Of a stretch of DNA of 64,000 bases, positions 18,067 to 25,456 are shown in pieces; positions within the stretch are counted from its first letter, which is position 1, and each line of letters opens with the position of its first letter. Below the pieces are notes generated by a model. That model was given only the letters and a program-made list of their open reading frames with translations, was not told where the DNA came from and ran no database searches. The stretch comes from an uncultured Desulfobacterales bacterium (lineage in GTDB: Bacteria > Desulfobacterota > Desulfobacteria > Desulfobacterales > SpSt-501). The stretch is from positions 19,568 to 83,567 of the forward strand of contig CALIUY010000030.1 in the NCBI GenBank assembly GCA_938048455.1. Reading direction: 5' to 3'. Made by a program: the position numbers and the translations under genes.

Positions 18067-19320
18067 ATGGAAGTGGGCCCTCGGAACGGCGCGAAGCAGA
18101 CGGGCACGAAGCCCGGAAGCACGGTCATCGGGCTGTGCCTGGCCGAAGTGCTCAGCATGACCGGCTTCGCCGCCTACCCGGTGTTCCTTGCCCCGCTCCG
18201 CGATCTCTGGGGCCTTTCGAGCTCCGAAGCGGGGCTGATCGGCGGGGCCTTCTTCGCCGGCTACATGACGGCCGTCTTCTTTCTTTCGGCCGCCACCGAC
18301 CGCATCGACGCCCGCCGGGTGCACCTCGGCTGCTGTCTTCTTTCCGCGGCAAGCCTCGCCGGCTTCGCCGCCCTCGCCTCGGGGCTGGCGAGCGCGGTCT
18401 TCTTCCAGCTCCTTGGCGGAGCGGGGCTCGCCGGCACCTACATGCCCGGTCTGAAGGCGCTCACCGACCGCGTGGGCGGACCGCGGCAGAGCCGCTACAT
18501 TTCCTTTTACACTTCGGCCTTCGGCATCGGCACGAGCCTGTCGCTGCTGCTCGCCGGGTGGCTCGGCCGCCTCCTTTCCTGGCCCGGCGTGTTCGCGCTC
18601 CTTGCCGTCGGCCCTCTGGCGGCGGCGGCGCTGGTGCGGGGAACCCTTGCTCCTTTCCCCCCTCCCGCGCCCGCCAGCGGCAAGCCTTCCCTCTTTCCCC
18701 GCCCCGCGGTGCTCCGCCTGCCCGGGGTTTCGGCCTTCTTGCTGCGCTATGCGGCGCACTGCTGGGAGCTCTTCGGCCTGCGCTCCTGGATGGTCGCCTT
18801 CCTCCTCTTCGGCTACAGCCTCGCCGCGGCCGCCCCTCCCGGGCTGGCGGCGACGGAGGCCGCGGCCCTGATCAACCTTCTGGGAATTCCCGCGAGCATC
18901 CTCGGCAACGAGACGGCGATGCGCGTGGGGCGAGGCCGCTTCATCCCGATCGCCATGGCCGCATCCGGTCTGCTTTCCTGGGGCGCCGGATTTTCGACCG
19001 TCCTCTCCGCCGGGGCCATGCTCGCGGTGCTGGCGCTCTACTACATCGCCGTGATGTCCGAATCCGCCGCCTTGACGGCGGGTCTAATCGAGGCGACCCC
19101 CGCCCACGTCCGGGGGGCGGTCATGGCCTTTTATTCCTTCGCCGGTTTCGGGGCCGGTTTTCTCGCCCCGGTCGCCTTCGGCGCGGTTCTCGATGCGGCC
19201 GGAGGGAAGGGGGCGCCGCTGGCCTGGGGGCTTGCCTTCGGCAGCCTCGGCGCGGGCTGCCTGCTGAGCGCCCTGGCCGCAATGGGCCGCCGCCGGCCAC
19301 GGCAAAAGCCGCCGTCTTGA
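18067..19320 (+). CDS. MFS transporter
   Basis: 417 aa with about 12 hydrophobic segments. MFS-like loop motifs (GGAFFAGYM, TDRIDARRV). Divergent from the DUF456 gene. Confidence 0.8.
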   Translation: MEVGPRNGAKQTGTKPGSTVIGLCLAEVLSMTGFAAYPVFLAPLRDLWGLSSSEAGLIGGAFFAGYMTAVFFLSAATDRIDARRVHLGCCLLSAASLAGFAALASGLASAVFFQLLGGAGLAGTYMPGLKALTDRVGGPRQSRYISFYTSAFGIGTSLSLLLAGWLGRLLSWPGVFALLAVGPLAAAALVRGTLAPFPPPAPASGKPSLFPRPAVLRLPGVSAFLLRYAAHCWELFGLRSWMVAFLLFGYSLAAAAPPGLAATEAAALINLLGIPASILGNETAMRVGRGRFIPIAMAASGLLSWGAGFSTVLSAGAMLAVLALYYIAVMSESAALTAGLIEATPAHVRGAVMAFYSFAGFGAGFLAPVAFGAVLDAAGGKGAPLAWGLAFGSLGAGCLLSALAAMGRRRPRQKPPS

Positions 19321-19382
19321 AAGCGAAGGCGGATGGATTACTGTTTCGGGTCGTATTTCTCTTGCCCAAGGAGACGGGAATC

Positions 19383-20214
19383 GTGAACCTGCGCAAAATC
19401 ACCTCGCTTACCGCGCTCACCTCCTTTGTTCTGCTGCTGATCACAAGCCTTGTGGTCTAACATCGCCCCCCAGGGGCGGGTCGCCTATTGGGCCGACTGG
19501 CGGCTCTGGGGGCTCTCGAAGACCGTGTGGGGGAACCTGCACATCACCGGCGGGACGCTTTTTCTTCTGAGCATCTTCCTGCACGTCTACTACAACTGGA
19601 GCGCGATCCTCGCCTACCTGAAAAAGAACCGCCGCCGCCGCATCCTCACTGCCGAGTTCGGCTTCGCCCTCGCCCTGACCGCCGTCACCATTCTGGGAAC
19701 CGGGGCCGAGGTGCCCCCGTTCCGCTGGCTGATCGATCTCAACGAGGCCCTCAAAGACCGGGCGGCCCGCATTCACGGCGAGCCGCCCTACGGGCATGCC
19801 GAGCTTTCGCCGCTCGCCTCCTTCCTCGCCAAGGCGAACCTCGACGAGACGAAGGCCCGCGTGCTCCTGCGCGAGGCGGGTGTCGCGTTCGAGGAGAAGG
19901 AAACCCTTCTCGAGATCGCCCGCAAAAACCGGATCTCCCCCCAGGCCGTCTACCGGATCGTGCAGCCGGCCGAAAAAAGGCCCGCGGCGGGAGCCGCGGA
20001 CCTGCCCCCCCTGCCTCCCCCCGGCACCGGCCAGCAGACGATCGCCGAGCCCTGCCGGCGCTACGGCCTGGAGGTCGAACGGGGGATCGCCTTGCTCTCC
20101 GCCCGCGGCCTCCAAGCCCGCCCCGAGGAAACCCTGAAGGCGACCCCCGGCGCGAACGGCATGACGCCCGATGCGCTCTACGATCTGCTGTGCGAAATCG
20201 CCGCCGCCCGCTGA
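19383..20214 (+). pseudogene. DUF4405-type membrane protein gene interrupted by a one-base frameshift (or an assembly error)
   Basis: GTG 19383 lies 7 nt after AAGGAGA. It encodes VNLRKITSLTALTSFVLLLITSLVV and then TAA at 19458. The +1 frame continues NIAPQGRVAYWADWRLWGLSKTVWGNLHITGGTLFLLSIFLHVYYNW... to 20214. Deleting one A of GTCTAACATC restores LVVYIAPQGRVAYW, the usual DUF4405 N-terminal pattern. Confidence 0.65.
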
Positions 20215-20333
20215 AGGAGGCGGCGGCGGATGGCCGAAAACGGCCTTGAAAGGGCGTGCGATTTCTGTTACTCAAGCCGGCCGCGCCTCCCCCAAGCCTT
20301 TGGCGAAAACCTAGCGACCGGCGGAAGGAGTGC

Positions 20334-21182
20334 ATGGAAAACGAAGCCTGGACCCGCGAGCGGCTCGATCGGCTCGCGGCCGAATTCCGTTTCGTCGTGA
20401 CCGACGCCATCTGTCGCTCCGGCGTGGGACACCTCGGCGGGGTGATGAGTCTCGTCGAGATCGTGATCACCCTGTACTTCCGCATTCTGAACCTGCGGCC
20501 CGAGGAGCCCGACTGGCCGGACCGCGACCGGCTGATCCTCTCCAAGGGGCACGCCGGGCCGATCGTCTACACCGCACTCGCCTATAAGGGCTTCTTCCCC
20601 AAATCCTGGCTTTGCACGATCAACCGCAACGGCACCCGGCTTCCCAGCCACATGGACCAGATCCTCACCCCCGGGGTCGAGATGACGGCCGGATCGCTGG
20701 GGCAGGGCCTCTCCTGCGCATGCGGCATGGCCCTTGCCGCCAAACGCGACGGCAAAAGGCACCGTGTTTACTGCATCATCGGCGACGGCGAGAGCAACGA
20801 GGGCCAGATCTGGGAGGCCGCCCTATTCGCCGCCCACCAGCGCCTCGACAACCTGATCGCCATCTGCGACTACAACAAGATGCAGATCGACGGCCGCACC
20901 GCCGAGGTGCTCGAGCTCGAGCCGCTCGCCGACAAGTGGCGCGCCTTCGGCTGGGAGACCTTCGAGATGGACGGCCACGACTGGGACGACATCCACGCGA
21001 CCCTGCTCCGGGCACGCGAGGTCACCGGGCGGCCGGCGATGATCATCGCCCACACGGTCAAGGGCAAGGGGAACCGCGAAACCGAAGGCCTGGTCGATTG
21101 CCACAACGTGAAAATCCCCGACGAGGCGACTTACCGCCGTCTGATGGAAGGACTCGAGTGCCGCTTCGAGCTGCCCTACTGA
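20334..21182 (+). CDS. Transketolase, N-terminal (TPP-binding) subunit
   Basis: ORF trimmed to ATG 20334 after GGAAGGAG. GHLGG..S..E, DR.ILSKGHA.P..Y, GSLGQGLS.A.G.A and CIIGDGESNEGQIWEAA.FA....LDNLIAI.DYN. Confidence 0.9.
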   Translation: MENEAWTRERLDRLAAEFRFVVTDAICRSGVGHLGGVMSLVEIVITLYFRILNLRPEEPDWPDRDRLILSKGHAGPIVYTALAYKGFFPKSWLCTINRNGTRLPSHMDQILTPGVEMTAGSLGQGLSCACGMALAAKRDGKRHRVYCIIGDGESNEGQIWEAALFAAHQRLDNLIAICDYNKMQIDGRTAEVLELEPLADKWRAFGWETFEMDGHDWDDIHATLLRAREVTGRPAMIIAHTVKGKGNRETEGLVDCHNVKIPDEATYRRLMEGLECRFELPY

Positions 21183-21228
21183 GGCTTCCCTTCGTGCCGG
21201 GGGAATCCAACGCACCCGCCGGAGAGCC

Positions 21229-22194
21229 ATGACGCCGCCCGCCGCACCGAACTTCGCCGACATGGAAATGCGTCTCGTTTACGCGCACACGCTGAGCGAG
21301 CTGATCGCGCGCAACCCCGACGTCTACTGTCTCGAGGCCGACCTCGGCAAGGCCGACGCCTCGATCCCGATCGTCTCCACGCGTCACCCCGCGAACTTCA
21401 TCAACTGCGGGGTCCAGGAGGCGAACATGATCGGGGTCGCCGCAGGGCTGGCGCGTGAGGGGAAGATCCCCTTCTGCTCGAGCTTCACCGCCTTCGCCAC
21501 CCGGCGTTGTTACGACCAGATCACGATCAGCGTGGCCTACGCCAACAACAACGTGAAGATCGTCGGCACCTCCCCCGGCATCACCCAGGGTCCGAACGGC
21601 GGGACCCACATGTGCTTCCAGGATCTCGCGATCATGCGGGCGATGCCCAACATGCACGTCTACAGCCCCGCGGACGCCCACGAGCTGCGCGCGGTTCTGT
21701 TCCACATGGCCGCGACCCGCCAGCCGACCTACCTGCAGCTGATCCGGCTCAAGGTGCCGCCGCTTTTCCCCGAAGACGTCGCCTTCGACCCGCAGCGCGC
21801 CCGCCGCCTGCACGAGGGAGACGATGTGACCCTGGTGGCGACGGGCTACATGACCCGCTTCGCCCTCGATGCCGCCCGCGGCCTTGCCGCCGAGGGGATC
21901 GGCGTCGAGGTGCTCCATTACCCGTCGATCAAGCCCTTCGACCGGGAAAGCCTTCTCGCCTCGGCCCGCCGGACGGGGGCGGTCGTCACCGTCGAAAACC
22001 AGAGCATCCTGGGGGGACTGGGCGGCGCGGTGTGCGAGATCCTGAGCGAGCACCACCCCGTGCGCGTGCGCCGTCTCGGCGTTCCCGACCGCTTCGGGGA
22101 GGTGGCCGACCCGGACTACCTCTTCGAGAAACACGGCTTCGGCCCCCGGCACATCGCCCAGGCCTGCCGCGACCTCGCCCGCCGCCGCAACTGA
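21229..22194 (+). CDS. Transketolase, C-terminal (pyrimidine-binding) subunit
   Basis: FINCGVQEANMIGVAAGLA.EGKIPF.SSFTAF...R.YDQI, GP.GGTHM..QDLAIMRA.PNM, and a C-terminal domain VENQSILGGLGGAV. Paired with 20334..21182. Confidence 0.9.
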   Translation: MTPPAAPNFADMEMRLVYAHTLSELIARNPDVYCLEADLGKADASIPIVSTRHPANFINCGVQEANMIGVAAGLAREGKIPFCSSFTAFATRRCYDQITISVAYANNNVKIVGTSPGITQGPNGGTHMCFQDLAIMRAMPNMHVYSPADAHELRAVLFHMAATRQPTYLQLIRLKVPPLFPEDVAFDPQRARRLHEGDDVTLVATGYMTRFALDAARGLAAEGIGVEVLHYPSIKPFDRESLLASARRTGAVVTVENQSILGGLGGAVCEILSEHHPVRVRRLGVPDRFGEVADPDYLFEKHGFGPRHIAQACRDLARRRN

Positions 22195-22205
22195 GGGGAA
22201 GCCGC

Positions 22206-23492
22206 TCAGGCCGGGCTCGGGCAGGATTCCGGTTCCAGATCCTTCTTCGCCGCCACGGCCTTTGCATCCCAGAGGCGAACCAGCTCGTCTTTCTGCGCCT
22301 CGAAGAGCAGCGCTTGCTCCTCGACCAGGGCCTCGGCCTCCTCGGAGGAGAGGTTCCCGCTTTCGCGCACGAAGGAGGCGACGCGCGCGAAGTAGAGCGG
22401 GGTGAGCATGTCGAGGAGTTTGCCGCGGTTCACGCTCCAGGAGCGGAAGGTGGCGGCGATCTCGTAGAGAATCCGCACCCAGGCCTCGGTCGGCAGGTGG
22501 AAGTCCTGCACCGTGCGGCAGGCGGCGGCGGTGATCTGCTGGAAGCTCTCCGGATCGAAGACCTCCCGCCAGAGGGGGGAAAACTGCTGGTAGCCGGTCT
22601 TGAAGAGATCCACGAGGAGATCGAGGTTCACCTTGACCGGCTCGGGCTCGATCGAGCCCGCGAAGCCGAAGGTCGGGACCGGCTCGCTGCCGCGCACGCT
22701 CCGCCAGTGGCTTTCGTAGCGTTCCATCAGCGAAAAGAGCGCCGAGAGCACCTGTCGGAACATGGGGCCCAGATGCTGGCCGGGGTCCTTCACGTCGTGG
22801 ATCTTCACCCCGAGGTTCGACTGGCAGATGCGGAAGCCCTGGGTGACCGCGGTCGTCGTCATCCAGATGTCGATCCCGAAGCGCGCGACATCGGTCAACC
22901 ACACGTCCTGGTCGATGTAGAACCGCGCCACCTCGCGCGAGATGGCGAAATCCCCGCCGATCGGCTGTCGGATACGCTTGCCGTAGAGCGCCCGGGTGAG
23001 GTTGTAGACGATGTTGTTCGTGATCGTCCCGTCGTACTTGTGCCGGAGGTAGACCGGGGCGACGAACTGGAATCCGCCCTCGAGCACCGGGTCGATCAGG
23101 TATTTTACCCAGTCGGGGGTGATGCTGCGCAGATCCGAATCCACCATGGCGCAGACTTGGACGTTGAGGCGGCAGGCGGCCTCGAACACCGAGCGCAGGG
23201 CGGTCCCCTTGCCCGCCGGCCCGCGGTAGATGGAGACGATCTTCTCCTGCCAGGGCTTGAGCTGGAATTCCTTGGCCGCCTCACGGGTATCGTCGGTTGA
23301 GCCGCCGTCGGCCACGAAGACGACGCTGCGCCGGCTCCCGTAATGGCGGGCGAGCCCGTGGCTCACCATCTGAATCACGTGGGCGATGGTCGCCTCGTTG
23401 TTGTAGCAGGGGATCCCGACCAGAATGTCGGCGGAGTCGATCTCCTCGATCCGTTTTGCCGTGTAGCCGCGCAGCGCGGTGTCGTAGTGCAT
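22206..23492 (-). CDS. GT-A fold glycosyltransferase, mannosyl/glucosylglycerate-synthase-like, with a helical C-terminal domain
   Basis: ILVGIPCYNNEATI, VADGGSTDDT, GPAGKGTAL and DxD motif MVDSDLRSITPDW, then RHKYDGTITNN, IRQPIGGDF and FGIDIWMTT. By my recollection the order and spacing resemble Rhodothermus MGS (PGKGDGM / DADITSFGPDW / QPLGGE / WGID). Last gene of the 27192..22206 operon. Confidence 0.7.
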   Translation of the reverse strand: MHYDTALRGYTAKRIEEIDSADILVGIPCYNNEATIAHVIQMVSHGLARHYGSRRSVVFVADGGSTDDTREAAKEFQLKPWQEKIVSIYRGPAGKGTALRSVFEAACRLNVQVCAMVDSDLRSITPDWVKYLIDPVLEGGFQFVAPVYLRHKYDGTITNNIVYNLTRALYGKRIRQPIGGDFAISREVARFYIDQDVWLTDVARFGIDIWMTTTAVTQGFRICQSNLGVKIHDVKDPGQHLGPMFRQVLSALFSLMERYESHWRSVRGSEPVPTFGFAGSIEPEPVKVNLDLLVDLFKTGYQQFSPLWREVFDPESFQQITAAACRTVQDFHLPTEAWVRILYEIAATFRSWSVNRGKLLDMLTPLYFARVASFVRESGNLSSEEAEALVEEQALLFEAQKDELVRLWDAKAVAAKKDLEPESCPSPA

Positions 23493-23537
23493 CGCATCCT
23501 TCCTTTCTCTGCCAACATCGCCGGCCCCCGGCCGCGC

Positions 23538-24602
23538 TCAGCCTCCCCCGGAGGCGTTTCCGAAACGCTTGGGACAGATGCGGCAAACCGGGTCGGGGTC
23601 ACCCGCCGCCAGGCGCTCCCGGAAGCGGCGAAAGCTCTCTTTTTCCCAGATCGCCACCGGTTCCTCCGCCGGGATCTTCCCGAAGACGAGCCGCCGCTCC
23701 GCGAGGGCGTCGGCCGGGATGTTGCGGTAGACGCAGGGCGAGAGCGTCCCGTCGGCAGCCACAAACACGGTCCGGTCGACCCGCTCGCGGCAGGGAGCGC
23801 TGCGGATCTCGCAGACGGGAAGCGCATAGTCGAAGGCGAGCCCGCGGGCGCGGGCCGACGCCGCCGCCCGGGAGAGGACATCGGCCGCGCGGGCGATTTT
23901 CTCCTCCTCCCCTGGCCGGATCGCCTCCGCGGCAAGCGAGGCGTCGGGGAGAAAATCCAGGGTGGAGACAACGGCCGCATGCACGCCGAGCCGTTCCATG
24001 AGGGCGGGGAGCCCCGCCACGGAATCGAGCGCGGAGTAGAGCAGAAGATAGGCGAAATGGATCTCCAGATGCACGGCCTGCCTTTTTCTACGCTCCGCCT
24101 GCAGGGTTTCCACCGCCGCGAGCACCCGCTCGAAGTCGACCCCGCAGCGCGCGGCCTCGTGAGCCGCGGCGTCGCTTCCGGCAAGCGAAAAGGCGACGAC
24201 ATCGATGCCGCTTTCGACGATCCGGCGGGCCAAGTTCCCGTCCAGGTGCAAGCCGCAGGTCGTGGTCGACACCTGGCAGCCCGCGCGGCGTGCGAGCGCA
24301 GCGAAGGTGAAGAACTCCGGGTGCAAGAGCGGCTCTCCCCAGCCCTGCAGGTGCACGCGCTGGCTTCGGCGCAGAAGCGGCCAGAGGCGTCCGAAGGTCT
24401 CGCGGTCGAGATCGCCTCCCCGCCAGGCGTCCCGGAGCACGGTGCGGGGGCAATAGCGGCAGCGGCCGGGGCAACGGGAAGTCACCTCGACCTGGACGCA
24501 GGCGAGCGGCCGCCGGAACCCCAGGAGCGCCTCCTTCAAGGTCTCCCCTAAACCGGGCGCCGCAAAGCGGTCGAGAAAGGGATCGCCGCCCTTGGGTTTC
24601 AT
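23538..24602 (-). CDS. Radical SAM enzyme with SPASM/twitch-like C-terminal Cys motifs
   Basis: CxxxCxxC cluster VEVTSRCPGRCRYCP and GWGEPLL. The C-terminus has C-x13-G-x4-C (CRERVDRTVFVAADGTLSPC) plus CRIC. The start overlaps the upstream stop (ATGA at 24599..24602). Confidence 0.85.
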   Translation of the reverse strand: MKPKGGDPFLDRFAAPGLGETLKEALLGFRRPLACVQVEVTSRCPGRCRYCPRTVLRDAWRGGDLDRETFGRLWPLLRRSQRVHLQGWGEPLLHPEFFTFAALARRAGCQVSTTTCGLHLDGNLARRIVESGIDVVAFSLAGSDAAAHEAARCGVDFERVLAAVETLQAERRKRQAVHLEIHFAYLLLYSALDSVAGLPALMERLGVHAAVVSTLDFLPDASLAAEAIRPGEEEKIARAADVLSRAAASARARGLAFDYALPVCEIRSAPCRERVDRTVFVAADGTLSPCVYRNIPADALAERRLVFGKIPAEEPVAIWEKESFRRFRERLAAGDPDPVCRICPKRFGNASGGG

Positions 24603-25456
24603 CGCCGCCTCCCGAGACGCTCGCGGAGGAAGCGCCCGAGGCCCGAGGGCCGGGGGCTCAAGACCCAGCTCGTTTCCACACAGGGCAGGAAGGGTTTAGC
24701 GCCCCATTTGCGCTTGAAAAACGAGACCCCTTCGTTCACCGCGAGCCCGAGGTTCACCTGCGCATGCCCCCGGCGTTCCGCCTCGGCGATGAGGCCGGCG
24801 AGAGCGAAATCGGCGCTTCCCGGCGGGGCAAGCTCCGGATTGCGGAAACTGAAGAGGAAAAAGGCGGTCGTGAGCGCCGAAAACTCGCCCACGGCGAAGG
24901 CGGCGAGCCGCCCGTCGGAAAGACGCGCGGAAAAGAGGCGGGCCTCGGCGCAGGCGGCGAGCACTTGCGGGATGCGCTCGAAAATGAGCCGTGTTCCCTC
25001 CGCGAACGCGCGTTCCCGCAGATAGCGGCCGATCAGTTCCCGGTGTTCGCGACCCAAGAAGTCCCCTTCTTCCCGGTAGAGCTCGCGGGCCGCGCGCCGC
25101 AACAGGTGGCGCAGCTTCGCGCCCCGGGGCGGCGCCGGGAGCGGAAGCGCGAAGTAGACATCCTCGCGGCTTTCCGCCGACGGCGGGGCTTGCCGCGGCC
25201 GCGCGGGCCCCAGGACGGTGATCCGGGTGACTCCCGGCACGGAAAGCGCCTCTCCCACCGCCTGGGACATGCGGTCTTCGTCCCGCGGGTCCTCGAGCGG
25301 ATAGCCGACCAGGACGATCCTCTCCCGGCTGCGGTAACCCACGCAGGAGCCGAAAAGTGCGGGGACGGCCCCGGTGACGGCCCGCACGTAGGCGACCACC
25401 TGTTCGGGGACGACCGCCCCGGCCGAAACCCGCTCGAGCCGATCCGGGCCGATCAT
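24599..25456 (-). CDS. FemAB / Acetyltransf_6-like GNAT-fold protein (stand-alone paralog)
   Basis: In-frame tail of ORF 24599..27256 starting at ATG 25456 (MIGPDRLERV...). Ends with the FemAB/GNAT-type segment FLFSFRNPELAPPGSADFALAGLIAEAERRGHAQVNLGLAVNEGVSFFKRKWGAKP. Collinear with residues 1-300 of the upstream gene. ATGA overlaps at both ends. Confidence 0.65.
   Translation of the reverse strand: MIGPDRLERVSAGAVVPEQVVAYVRAVTGAVPALFGSCVGYRSRERIVLVGYPLEDPRDEDRMSQAVGEALSVPGVTRITVLGPARPRQAPPSAESREDVYFALPLPAPPRGAKLRHLLRRAARELYREEGDFLGREHRELIGRYLRERAFAEGTRLIFERIPQVLAACAEARLFSARLSDGRLAAFAVGEFSALTTAFFLFSFRNPELAPPGSADFALAGLIAEAERRGHAQVNLGLAVNEGVSFFKRKWGAKPFLPCVETSWVLSPRPSGLGRFLRERLGRRR

Noticed and set aside
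18135-19382. Most of the 441-aa ORF 18135..19460.
   Set aside because: It is an out-of-frame shadow of the MFS transporter gene. Only its final 26 codons (from GTG 19383) look real, and they form the N-terminal fragment of the frameshifted DUF4405 gene.
19450-19465. Programmed +1 ribosomal frameshift at the DUF4405 break.
   Set aside because: No slippery or shifty-stop context comparable to known +1 sites and no stimulatory SD at the right spacing. A mutation or a sequencing error is more parsimonious.
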